Origin: an uncultured Desulfobacterales bacterium | GTDB taxonomy: Bacteria > Desulfobacterota > Desulfobacteria > Desulfobacterales > SpSt-501 | Length of the DNA stretch: 64,000 nt | Direction of reading: 5' to 3' | Assembly: GCA_938048455.1 (NCBI GenBank) | Contig: CALIUY010000003.1 | Location: forward strand, 27,206 to 91,205 | Shown: positions 13,730 to 22,393 of the stretch, piece after piece | Numbering within the stretch: position 1 is the stretch's first letter | Layout: every line of letters begins with the position of its first letter | Made by a program: the position numbers and the translations under genes | Notes under the pieces: model-generated | Databases searched by the model: none | The model's input: only the letters and a program-made list of their open reading frames with translations | What the model was told of the DNA's origin: nothing

Positions 13730-14504
13730 GCAACCCCAGGCCCCAGGGCATGGCCGAGGCGATCTCGCCGAGCGTCCAGGGCGGGGACTGCGGGGTGACC
13801 AGCCCCGGCCAGGGCCAGCCGACGGGAGGCGGCAGGCGGAAGCGCAGGGGTTCGCCGCGCGTGGGATGGAGCAGCTCGAGCTCCTGGGCGAAAAGGGCGA
13901 TCGCCCCGGGCGGGGGGGAAGGCCGCGCCCCGTAGCGCACATCCCCCACCACGGGGCATCCCAGGCGCGACAGCTGCAGGCGGATCTGGTGCTTGCGTCC
14001 CGTCTCGAGGGCGACGGCGACCAGGCTGCGGCCGCCGCGCGAGGCGATCAGACGATAGGAAAGCCGGGCTTCCCGCGAGGGACGCGTGGCCGCTTCGAGG
14101 GCGCGGCCGGCGGAAGGAAGCCGATCGAGGAGCCGGCCGGCATCGCGCGGCGGGCGGCCCTCGACGACGGCGAGATAGGCCTTTTTCAGACTGCGGTTGC
14201 GGATCTGCTCGCTCACCCGCGCCGCCGCCTTGGAGGTGCGCGCGAAGATCATCACCCCGGCCACGGGCCGGTCCAGGCGGTGGACGAGGCCGAGAAAGGC
14301 GCGGCCCGGCTTGCCGAAGCGCTCCCGCACCCAGCCCTTGGCGAGATCGAGCAGGCTGGTCTCCCCGCCGCCGTCCCCCTGCGAGAGCAGACCCGCCGGC
14401 TTGTAGAGCGCGAGCAAGTGGTTGTCGAGGTGCAGGACGGGCCAGCGGGGGTGATAGAACGAATCCATGAAGAAGCCCTGCGGTTCGGAATCCCTTTCGT
14501 CCAT
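13719..14504 (-). CDS. RluA family pseudouridine synthase
   Basis: Catalytic motif [14 protein letters not shown], plus [13 protein letters not shown]. Start uncertain among 14504, 14468 and 14570; 14504 has a G-rich SD-like tract upstream. Confidence 0.75.
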
Positions 14505-14541
14505 CCGTCCCCCCCGCAGCCGGGACCCCGGCCGCGGCGAG

Positions 14542-15948
14542 ATGGGAGAGATCCTGCGCGGCTGCGGCATCCGGTTGCCCGAGCCCGCACTCGATCTGCT
14601 CTGGGCCTACCACAGCCTGATCCGGGAACACAACCCCGAACTGAACCTGACCCGGGTGCGCAATTTCCGGCGCATGGTCCTGCTGCTCTACGCCGACGCT
14701 CTGCTGCCGGCGGATCTGCTCGAGTTGCCCTCGCCCCTGCTCGACCTGGGGACCGGGGCGGGCATGCCGGGGATTCCGCTCAAGATCTACCGGCCGCGGC
14801 TCGAGGTCCTTTTGGCCGAATCCCGCGCCCGGCGCGTCGCCTTCCTCGAGACGGCGATCGCCCGCCTCGGGCTGGAAGGGATCCGCGTCGTTCCCGGCCG
14901 CCTGACCGCGGCCTTCGAAACCCCGGTCCAGGGCGTGATCACCCGCGCCGTCGAGCCGATCGTCGATACGCTCGCGCGGATCGCGGGCTGTCTGGCGCAA
15001 GGGGGGCTGGCGATTTTCATGAAAGGGCCGCACGGCGAAGCCGAGATCGACGCCGCACGCCGGCGGTTCGCGGAGCAATACGCGCCGGTCGAGGACCGTG
15101 CCTACACGATCCCCGGGACTTCCCACGCGCGCCGGCTCATCGTCTTCCGCCGGCTCGACGCGCCCTTTCCGGAACGCCGGGCGCGGGCGCTCGGCCGCAA
15201 CCCGGCCCCTGCGCTCACCAGCCCGCAAAACCCGGGGTTCAAGGAGTTGAAAAAACTGCTCGCCTCCCGCGGCATCCGCAAGAGCGGGCGCGCGCTGGTC
15301 GCCGGGGAGAAGCCGGTGCGCGAGATCCTCGCCCGGCATCCGCGCCTGTGCCGCGCCTGGGTCGGGACCCCCGAGATGTGGCCGCCGGAGAACGCCGTCG
15401 GACTCGAGTGGATCCGCCTCGCCCCCCCGCTGTTCGCCGAGCTCGACCGCTTCGGAACCCGTCGGGGGCTGCTGTTGATCGACGTGCCGCCGATCGCGCC
15501 CTGGACTCCCCCGGAGGGCTTCCCGCGGGGGGCGAGCGTTTTGGTTCCCTTTCAGGACCCCGAGAACGTGGGGGCCGCGGTGCGCTCGGCCGCGGCCTGG
15601 GGAGCCAACCAGATCATTTTCTTGCAGGAAAGCGCGCACCCGTTTCACCCCAAGGCCCTGCGCGCCTCGGCCGGTACGGTGCTCGAAATTCCGCTCCGCT
15701 CCGGCCCCGCTCTCGCCGCCCTCCCGGCCGAGCTGCCGCTCGTTGTGCTCTCGGCCGAGGGGGAGGACCTCGAGGCGGTCGCTTTCCCCGAGGCCTTCGG
15801 CCTGCTCGCCGGAATGGAAGGCCCGGGGCTGCCCGGCGCACTTCGCCGGCGCGCGGTCCGCATTCCCATCCGGCCCGGCGTCGAGTCGCTGAACGCCGCC
15901 GCCGCGCTGGCGGTCGCCCTCTACGAGTGGCGCCGCCGGAAAGGCTGA
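14542..15948 (+). CDS. fused RNA methyltransferase: RsmG (GidB)-like N-domain + SpoU/TrmH-like C-domain
   Basis: N-domain: NLTRVRN..LLDLGTGAGMPGIPLKI..RARRVAFLE (RsmG SAM fold). C-domain: ENVGAAVRSAAAWG, LLAGMEGPGLP, IPIRPGVESLNAAAALAVALYE (SPOUT knot). Start at ATG 14542 preferred over 14467. Confidence 0.75.
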   Translation: MGEILRGCGIRLPEPALDLLWAYHSLIREHNPELNLTRVRNFRRMVLLLYADALLPADLLELPSPLLDLGTGAGMPGIPLKIYRPRLEVLLAESRARRVAFLETAIARLGLEGIRVVPGRLTAAFETPVQGVITRAVEPIVDTLARIAGCLAQGGLAIFMKGPHGEAEIDAARRRFAEQYAPVEDRAYTIPGTSHARRLIVFRRLDAPFPERRARALGRNPAPALTSPQNPGFKELKKLLASRGIRKSGRALVAGEKPVREILARHPRLCRAWVGTPEMWPPENAVGLEWIRLAPPLFAELDRFGTRRGLLLIDVPPIAPWTPPEGFPRGASVLVPFQDPENVGAAVRSAAAWGANQIIFLQESAHPFHPKALRASAGTVLEIPLRSGPALAALPAELPLVVLSAEGEDLEAVAFPEAFGLLAGMEGPGLPGALRRRAVRIPIRPGVESLNAAAALAVALYEWRRRKG

Positions 15949-15953
15949 CCGCC

Positions 15954-16859
15954 GTGGAAAGCCGACTTCCCGCGAGCGACGCCGGCCCGGCCGCCCCCGG
16001 CGGCGTCTACCTCTGCCGGATCGGCGAAGGAGTCTCCTGCGGCGCCTGCTGCGGGCTCTACAACCGCCGGGGGATTTCGCGGCCGCGGCTGCAGGAGATT
16101 CTTTCGCGGCGGACGGAGCGCTTCCGCGCCGTCCCGCGGACGGCCGAGGCAATCGATGCTTACGCCCGCGAGGAGGAACGTCGGGAGCTCGGACCGCCTC
16201 GCTGGGCCGAGGTCTACCGCTGCCCTTTTCTCGGCTTCACCGGGGCAAACGCCGCCACCCCGGGCTGCCTCCTCCACCCCCGCTCGGAGGGCAACGCGGG
16301 GGTCGACTACCGCGGGCTGTCCTTCTACGGGGGGCTTGCCTGCCGCGATTACTTCTGTCCCGCCCACCGCACCCTGAAAGCCCCCTGGAAGCGCATCCTG
16401 CGCGCCGCGGCCGCCGACTGGTACGGCTACGGCATTCTCGTCACCGAACACCGCCTGCTCGGAAACTTTTTCGGGATCGTGGAAGCCCGTCTCGGGCGCA
16501 TCCTCGAGGAGAGGGACGAAGCGGCCGCTCTGCCGGCTTTCCGCGAGTTCGCCGCGCTGGCGATCGCCTGGCCCTGGCGCGATCCGCAGCAGGCCGATCC
16601 GGGCCGCGATCCGTTCGACGACGGATCGCCCCGCCGGCCTCCCACCGCCGTCGCTTTTCCCGGCTCCCGTCCTTCGCCTCTTTTGCCTCTGCTCGGCGAA
16701 CTGCGCTCGCGATTTCGGACGGCCGCGGAGCTTCAGGAAGCCGAAAGACGGCTCGAAGCGGTATTGTTACGCTTCAACGGGAGGGCAGACGGCTCAGGCG
16801 GCCGGGGGGCTTTCGCCCCCTCGACGGCGGTTGCTCCGGGCGGGCCCATCGTGCTATAA
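15954..16859 (+). CDS. cysteine-cluster protein (YkgJ/UPF0153-like motif)
   Basis: Only the last ~301 codons of listed ORF 13866..16859 look real, starting at GTG 15954. Motifs: [31 protein letters not shown]. Confidence 0.45.
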   Translation: MESRLPASDAGPAAPGGVYLCRIGEGVSCGACCGLYNRRGISRPRLQEILSRRTERFRAVPRTAEAIDAYAREEERRELGPPRWAEVYRCPFLGFTGANAATPGCLLHPRSEGNAGVDYRGLSFYGGLACRDYFCPAHRTLKAPWKRILRAAAADWYGYGILVTEHRLLGNFFGIVEARLGRILEERDEAAALPAFREFAALAIAWPWRDPQQADPGRDPFDDGSPRRPPTAVAFPGSRPSPLLPLLGELRSRFRTAAELQEAERRLEAVLLRFNGRADGSGGRGAFAPSTAVAPGGPIVL

Positions 16860-16908
16860 GCGCCCCGCAACCCCCCAAACCGTCGTCGGAACCTCAGAGG
16901 AGGATCGA

Positions 16909-17019
16909 ATGGGAAAAGGCGACCGCCGCACGCGACGCGGCAAGATCTGGCGTGGGACGAACGGCAACGCCCGTCCCAAGAAGAAGACAAAAGCTCGGAA
17001 AGAACCCGCGGCGGCCTGA
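16909..17019 (+). CDS. 30S ribosomal protein bTHX
   Basis: 36-aa product [26 protein letters not shown]... closely matches my recollection of the Thermus Thx peptide ([19 protein letters not shown]...). AGAGGAGGA sits 5-13 nt upstream of ATG 16909. Confidence 0.8.
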   Translation: MGKGDRRTRRGKIWRGTNGNARPKKKTKARKEPAAA

Positions 17020-17092
17020 AGACCGCCGCATCCCCGGGCGGGAACTCCGCTTTCCGCCGAGCGCCGGCCTTCTCGACCGCCGGGTCGGAACC

Positions 17093-17722
17093 ATGAACGG
17101 CAAACCCGCGAATCCCCGCTCCGCCGACTGGGACATCGACAGCCAGTTCCTCGACCGCTGGTCCCCGCGGGCCTTCGCCGCAGAGCCGCTCAGCGAGCGC
17201 GAAATCCACACCCTCTTCGAAGCCGCGCGCTGGGCCCCCTCCTGCTACAACGAGCAACCTTGGGTCTTCGTCTACGCGGCGGACGAGGAGGACCGCAAGC
17301 GGCTGTGCGCGTGCCTCGTGCCCAAAAACCAGACCTGGGCCTGCCGCGCGCCGCTGCTGCTGTTCATTTTGAGCCGCCGGCGTTTCCGCGCGGACGGCCG
17401 TGAAAACCGCCATGCCGCCTTCGACGCCGGGGCGGCCTGGATGGCGCTGGCCCTCCAAGCGCGTCGGCTCGGCCTCTACGCCCACGCCATGGCGGGATTC
17501 CGGCTGGAGGAAGCCTGCCGCGTGCTCGGGGTCACGCCCGAGGACTGGCATGTGCTCGCCGCCGTCGCCGTGGGACGAAGAGGCGCGCCCGCGCATCTGC
17601 CCGAGGATCTGCGGGCGATCGAGTCGCCGAACACGCGCAAGCCGCACGACGAGGTCGCCTTTTCGCTGGCGCGCTGGGCGGCGGAAACCGGCCGCGGGGC
17701 GCCTGCCGCGGACGGCGCTTAA
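17093..17722 (+). CDS. nitroreductase family protein
   Basis: ATG 17093 within listed ORF 16952..17722. RWSPRAF, EAARWAPSCYNEQPW and FDAGAAWMALALQA are typical of the FMN nitroreductase fold. Confidence 0.7.
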   Translation: MNGKPANPRSADWDIDSQFLDRWSPRAFAAEPLSEREIHTLFEAARWAPSCYNEQPWVFVYAADEEDRKRLCACLVPKNQTWACRAPLLLFILSRRRFRADGRENRHAAFDAGAAWMALALQARRLGLYAHAMAGFRLEEACRVLGVTPEDWHVLAAVAVGRRGAPAHLPEDLRAIESPNTRKPHDEVAFSLARWAAETGRGAPAADGA

Positions 17723-17759
17723 CCCTCCCGGTGCGGGATCCTGATCGTTCGATCCGCAG

Positions 17760-18530
17760 ATGGCTTCCGCCTTTCCGCCGCTCGTCGACACCCACGCCCA
17801 TCTCGCCGCCGCCGCATTCGATCCCGATCGCGCGGCGGTGCTCGCCCGCGCGGCCGCGGCCGGAGTCGTCGCGGTGATCGCCGTCGGGGAAACGCTCGCC
17901 GAAGCCGAAAAAACCCTCGACCTCGCCCGCGCCTTCCCTCCGGTGCGCCCCGCCGCAGGCCTCGATCCCACGCAGCTCGACTTCGATCAGGCCGAAGCGC
18001 TGCTCCGCTTCATCCGCAGGCACCGCGAGGCCCTTCACGCCGTGGGCGAGGTGGGGCTCGATCACTGGAAGGTCCAGGACGACACCGGCCGCGGCCGGCA
18101 AAAGGAGATTTTCACGGCTTTCATCCGGCTGGCGATCGAGCTCGATCTTCCGCTGAACGTGCACTCGCGCGCGGCGGGGAGGGAGGCGATCGCCTGCCTG
18201 CTCGCCTGCGGCGCCCGCCGCGTGCAGCTGCACGCCTTCGACGGCCGGCCGCAGAGCGCGCTGGCCGCGCTCGAGGCGGGCTACTTCTTTTCGATCCCGC
18301 CCTCGGCCGCCCGTTCTCCGCAGAAACAGAAGCTGCTCCGCCGCCTGCCGCTCGATTGCTTGCTCGTGGAAACCGACAGCCCGGTTCTCGGGCCGGAGCC
18401 GGGGCGGAGAAACGAACCGGCCAATCTCCGCTTTGCGCTTGCGGCCGTCGCGCAGGCGAAGGGGCTCTCCGAGGAAGAAACCGCGCTCGCGATCGCCGCC
18501 AACACCGCCCGTCTTTATGGGCCGCTCTGA
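17760..18530 (+). CDS. TatD family metal-dependent hydrolase
   Basis: LVDTHAHL N-terminal motif; GEVGLDH; NVHSR; LVETDSP. Confidence 0.85.
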   Translation: MASAFPPLVDTHAHLAAAAFDPDRAAVLARAAAAGVVAVIAVGETLAEAEKTLDLARAFPPVRPAAGLDPTQLDFDQAEALLRFIRRHREALHAVGEVGLDHWKVQDDTGRGRQKEIFTAFIRLAIELDLPLNVHSRAAGREAIACLLACGARRVQLHAFDGRPQSALAALEAGYFFSIPPSAARSPQKQKLLRRLPLDCLLVETDSPVLGPEPGRRNEPANLRFALAAVAQAKGLSEEETALAIAANTARLYGPL

Positions 18531-19029
18531 GAACCTGTACTCCCGGCTTCCGGCGCAGCCGGGGATCTATGGCCTGCTCCTCTACTGCCTTGGGCCAACG
18601 GAGATCGAGGTCGGGGCCCTCGGCCGGAGGGGCTTTCCCGCCGGCGGGCACGTCTATGTCGGCAGCGCCTGGGGCCCCGGGGGCCTGCGCGGCCGCCTGG
18701 GGCGCCATCTCGCGTCCCCAGGACCGCTTCGCTGGCACATCGATTCCCTGCGTCGGACCGCCGCCCTCCGCGAAATCTGGTGCCTGCCCGGGGCCGAAGC
18801 CTCGAACGAGCATCGCTGGGCGGCTCTCCTCGCCCAGGTTCCGGGGGCATCCGTACCCGTCCCTCGCTTCGGGGCCAGCGACGGCCGCTGCCGCGCGCAT
18901 CTGCTGGCTTTCGCCAAAAAACCCTCTCCCCGGCGCTTTACCGCCGCGCTCGGGCGGGGGGCAGCCGGCGGGGTCCGGCTGCGGGTCTTTCGAGTGCGCC
19001 CGGGCGAAGACCTCGCCAAGCGGTCGTGA
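18517..19029 (+). CDS. DUF123/GIY-YIG-superfamily (Uri-like) protein
   Basis: ATG 18517 overlaps the tatD 3' end by 14 nt. GIYGLLLY...YVGSAWGPGGLRGRLGRH..WHID pattern resembles the DUF123 GIY-YIG-like family. Confidence 0.55.
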   Translation: MGRSENLYSRLPAQPGIYGLLLYCLGPTEIEVGALGRRGFPAGGHVYVGSAWGPGGLRGRLGRHLASPGPLRWHIDSLRRTAALREIWCLPGAEASNEHRWAALLAQVPGASVPVPRFGASDGRCRAHLLAFAKKPSPRRFTAALGRGAAGGVRLRVFRVRPGEDLAKRS

Positions 19030-19076
19030 ATGGGTTATAGTCCGCCCAAACGGCGATAAGGAGGATCCGAGGGGCC

Positions 19077-19364
19077 ATGATCGCCTACTTCGTGCACGAC
19101 GAAAAAAAGGGCTGCGACACCATCTACATCCCCGATATCGGCTGCTTCGTCCCGGTCGATGCGGCGGCCATGGAGCGTTTCATCGCCGTCAAGCCCGATT
19201 TCGCGCACTGGACGGGAACGGCCTGCGCCGCGGTCGCCCCCGAGGAGTTCGGCACCGTGATCGCGACCCGCGAGGACCCCGGAGACGTCTGCGTCGTCAA
19301 GCCCGAGCTGTGGCGCGCGCGCATGTTCGCCAATCTGGGCGACTCCGCCTGCCGGAAACCGTGA
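19077..19364 (+). CDS. hypothetical small protein (95 aa)
   Basis: AAGGAGGA lies about 10 nt upstream. Tightly packed before the next gene (gap 5 nt). No recognised domain. Confidence 0.5.
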   Translation: MIAYFVHDEKKGCDTIYIPDIGCFVPVDAAAMERFIAVKPDFAHWTGTACAAVAPEEFGTVIATREDPGDVCVVKPELWRARMFANLGDSACRKP

Positions 19365-19369
19365 GCGCC

Positions 19370-20191
19370 ATGGCCGCATCCCCCTTGCGGGAATATCTCG
19401 ACTTCGCCGTGGAAACCGCCTGGGAGGCGGGACGTCTCACCCTGGGCTTTTTCCGCACGGCGATCGAAACCGAGACCAAGGCCGACGCCAGCCCGGTCAC
19501 GATCGCCGACCGCCGCGCCGAGGAGTGCATCCGGCGGCGGATCGAGGCGCGCTTTCCCGGCCACCGCATCGTGGGCGAGGAGTTCGGGGAGCGCCAGGCG
19601 CAAGCCGGCGCCCCCTGCTGGTGGGTCGACCCGATCGACGGGACGCGCTCCTTCGTCCGCGGGGTTCCCCTCTACGGCGTTCTTCTCGGCTTCGAGGTGG
19701 AAGGCCGCATCGTCGTGGGGGCGGCCTATTTTCCGGCGCTGGACGAGATGCTCTACGCGGCCGAGGGCGAAGGGTGCTATCTGAACGGCCGGCGCTGCCG
19801 GGTAAGCCCCGCCGCGAGCCTCGCTGCGGCCGCGGTCTGTTTCACGAACGCCGCCGCTTTTCCCGGCGCGGGACGCGACGAAGCCTTGCGGCGCATTCTC
19901 GCGCGCGCCGCCTACAGCGCCGGCGGGTCGGACGCCTACGGTCATGCCTTGGTCGCCAGCGGCCGCGCCGAGCTCATGCTCGATCCCGTGATGAAGCCCT
20001 ACGACTGCGGCCCGTTTCCGGTCCTGCTGCGCGAGGCGGGCGGCTTCTTCGGCGACTGGTCGGGGCACGAGACCATCTACGGCGGAGAGGCGCTCAGCAC
20101 CAGCCGGAAGCTTCTGCCCGAGGTTCTGGCCGTTCTTCGCGGCGAACCCGAAAAACGAAAGGAGAATGGGGATGACCGGCGCGTCGTTTGA
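19370..20191 (+). CDS. inositol monophosphatase family protein (IMPase/histidinol-phosphatase-like)
   Basis: ATG 19370 within listed ORF 18356..20191. Motifs SPVTIADRRAE, WWVDPIDGTRSF, GGSDAYG. Confidence 0.8.
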   Translation: MAASPLREYLDFAVETAWEAGRLTLGFFRTAIETETKADASPVTIADRRAEECIRRRIEARFPGHRIVGEEFGERQAQAGAPCWWVDPIDGTRSFVRGVPLYGVLLGFEVEGRIVVGAAYFPALDEMLYAAEGEGCYLNGRRCRVSPAASLAAAAVCFTNAAAFPGAGRDEALRRILARAAYSAGGSDAYGHALVASGRAELMLDPVMKPYDCGPFPVLLREAGGFFGDWSGHETIYGGEALSTSRKLLPEVLAVLRGEPEKRKENGDDRRVV

Positions 20192-20594
20192 TCCGTCGCA
20201 AAAGGCGCTCTCGCTGCTCGCGGAGTTCAAGAAATTCGCTTTCAAGGGCAACGTGATCGATCTCGCCGTGGGCGTGATCATCGGCGCGGCCTTCGGCAAG
20301 ATCATCGACTCCCTCGTCAAGCACCTCCTGATGCCGCTCATCAGCCTGCTCGCCCCGGGGGAAAAGGGCTACCTCGGCTGGAAGGCGGTGGTGAACGGCG
20401 TGGAGATTCCTTACGGGTTGTTCCTCGGCGAGGTGCTGAATTTTCTGATCGTGGCGCTCGCCCTGTTTCTCTTCATCGTGAAGTTCCTGGGCTGGCTGAT
20501 GAAGTCGAAACAGGAGGAAAAGAAGCTTCCCCCGCCGCTGACCAAGGACCAGGAGCTGTTGATCGAGATCCGGGATCTCTTGAAAAAAGCCTGA
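20172..20594 (+). CDS. mscL: large-conductance mechanosensitive channel
   Basis: FKKFAFKGNVIDLAVGVIIGAAFGKIIDSLV is the conserved MscL TM1 region. ATG 20172 has better RBS spacing (AAAGGAGA) than ATG 20166. Confidence 0.9.
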   Translation: MTGASFDPSQKALSLLAEFKKFAFKGNVIDLAVGVIIGAAFGKIIDSLVKHLLMPLISLLAPGEKGYLGWKAVVNGVEIPYGLFLGEVLNFLIVALALFLFIVKFLGWLMKSKQEEKKLPPPLTKDQELLIEIRDLLKKA

Positions 20595-20675
20595 AGCCAC
20601 GCGCCCGGAGGGCCGGCGCCGCGGCAAGCTCCGTTCCCCCGCCCTCCTTTGCGCCGCCGGCCGTTTCCGTCGGAG

Positions 20676-21905
20676 ATGACGACTCCGGTCTGGATTTTCA
20701 TCGCCGCCTACCTCGGCATCGCTCTGGGCCATGTCCCCGGGTTGACCCTCGACCGCACGGGGATTGCGCTTCTGGGGGCGATGGCCATGATTCTGGCCGG
20801 CGCGATCTCGCTGCCCGAAGCCGCAGCCGCGGTCGATGTCCCCACGCTCGTCCTGCTTTACGCCCTGATGATCGTCTCCGCCCAGCTCCGCCTGGGCGGC
20901 TTTTACACGCAGACGGCGCTCGCCGTCTCCTCCTTGCTCGTCCATCCGCGATTTTTTCTCTTCGCCTCCATGCTGACCGCCGCCGTGCTCTCGGCCGTCC
21001 TGGCCAACGACATCGTCTGTCTCGCCTTCACGCCGGTGTTGACGATGGCGCTTCTTTCGGCCCGGCGCAATCCGGTTCCCTATCTGCTGGGGCTGGCGTT
21101 GGCGAGCAACATCGGCTCGGCGGCGACCCTGATCGGCAATCCCCAGAACATGCTGATCGGCCAGGTGGGGCGGCTGGCCTTCGACCGTTTTTTTCTCTGG
21201 TGCGCGCCGCCCGCGGCGGCCGCGCTGCTCGCCGCCTATCTGCTGCTCTGCCTGGCGTTCCGTGGCGAGTTTCACCGCCGGATCGAGGCCCCCGACGCCG
21301 CCCATCTCCTGGAGCGGCTGCCGCGCTTCGACCGCTGGCAGAGCCTGAAGGGTCTGGCGGTGGTCGTCGCCCTGCTCGCCTTCTTTTTCACCCCCGTGCC
21401 GCGCGAGGTGAGCGCCCTCGGGGCGGCGGGGATTCTGCTTTGCAGCCGCAAGATGAGCTCGCGCGCCGTGCTGCAGCTGGTCGACTGGCACCTGCTGACC
21501 CTCTTCGGCGCGCTCTTCATCCTCGTCCACGCCCTTGAGCTCACCGGGACTCCCGCGGCGATCCTGGCCGCCCTGCGGGGCGCGGGCTTGGACCTCCAGG
21601 AGCCCGATCTGCTGGCGGCGGTCACGGTCCTGTTGAGCAACCTGGTCAGCAACGTGCCCGCGGTGATGCTCCTGGTGCGTTTTCTCGATCCGGCCCAACC
21701 CGTGGCCTGGTATACCCTCGCCGTGGCCAGCACCTTCGCCGGAAACCTCATCCCCATCGGCAGCATCGCCAACCTGATCGTCATCGAGCAGGCCGCCGCG
21801 GCCGGGGTGACGATCTCCTTCCGCAGCTACGTGCGCGTGGGCGTACCGGTGACGCTCTTCTCGATGATCCTGCTGGCGATCTGGATCCGTCTGGGTCCCC
21901 TTTGA
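20676..21905 (+). CDS. anion/citrate-type permease (ArsB/NhaD-SLC13 superfamily)
   Basis: Polytopic membrane protein. Segments LASNIGSAATLIGNPQNMLI and FAGNLIPIGSIANLIV are typical of this permease superfamily. Start set at MTTPVW. Confidence 0.6.
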   Translation: MTTPVWIFIAAYLGIALGHVPGLTLDRTGIALLGAMAMILAGAISLPEAAAAVDVPTLVLLYALMIVSAQLRLGGFYTQTALAVSSLLVHPRFFLFASMLTAAVLSAVLANDIVCLAFTPVLTMALLSARRNPVPYLLGLALASNIGSAATLIGNPQNMLIGQVGRLAFDRFFLWCAPPAAAALLAAYLLLCLAFRGEFHRRIEAPDAAHLLERLPRFDRWQSLKGLAVVVALLAFFFTPVPREVSALGAAGILLCSRKMSSRAVLQLVDWHLLTLFGALFILVHALELTGTPAAILAALRGAGLDLQEPDLLAAVTVLLSNLVSNVPAVMLLVRFLDPAQPVAWYTLAVASTFAGNLIPIGSIANLIVIEQAAAAGVTISFRSYVRVGVPVTLFSMILLAIWIRLGPL

Positions 21906-21960
21906 AACCGCATCCGCATCGCCGCCGCGGCCGGGGGGCGCTTCCGTGTCCGTCCTTCGG

Positions 21961-21988
21961 TTGACAAGGATCCGCAGAGCGTTAGCTT
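21961..21988 (+). promoter_or_regulatory. possible sigma-70 promoter (TTGACA-16 nt-TAGCTT)
   Basis: Consensus -35 hexamer at 21961-21966 and a weak -10 at 21983-21988, about 55 nt upstream of ATG 22045. Confidence 0.3.
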
Positions 21989-22044
21989 CACCCCACGGGG
22001 CGCAAGTTCCAGCCCCCGACCCTGAATGCACGAAGGAGGCTCCC

Positions 22045-22335
22045 ATGGCCCATCACGATAAAGACCGACTGGCGTTTTTCTTTCCGCGGGCGCGGGTCCT
22101 GAGCGAAGCCGAGATCGCGGCCCTGCCCGAGGACAAGCGGCGTGCGGCCGCCCGCGGGGGTATCCCCGGGGTCTGGCTCGAGGTGCACTGCCCCGGAGGG
22201 GCCTGCGTGGGGGCGGACGGCAAGATCGCTCTCGAAGCCGCGGGGGTCGAACCGACCCAGGGCAAGGGCATCTGGCTGAACGTGTTCTGCCCGGAAGAAA
22301 GCTGCCTGTGGAAAAGCGGAACCGAGACCGTCTGA
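22045..22335 (+). CDS. hypothetical Cys-motif protein (96 aa)
   Basis: GAAGGAGG RBS before ATG 22045. Internal duplication: GVWLEVHCPGGAC / GIWLNVFCPEESC. Confidence 0.55.
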   Translation: MAHHDKDRLAFFFPRARVLSEAEIAALPEDKRRAAARGGIPGVWLEVHCPGGACVGADGKIALEAAGVEPTQGKGIWLNVFCPEESCLWKSGTETV

Positions 22336-22369
22336 ACGGCCGCGGTGTTTCGATCCGCCCTTTCCTTTC

Positions 22370-22393
22370 CCGTCCCGGCCGCGGCCGGGACGG
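22370..22393. terminator. GC-rich palindromic hairpin between convergent genes
   Basis: CCGTCCCGGCC-GC-GGCCGGGACGG perfect inverted repeat between the 22335 (+) and 22394 (-) gene ends. No strong U-tract on either side. Confidence 0.4.

Noticed and set aside
13866-16859. 997-aa plus-strand ORF.
   Set aside because: Its first ~696 codons overlap the RluA gene in antisense and the RsmG-SpoU gene out of frame. Only the last ~301 codons (from GTG 15954) are kept as a gene.
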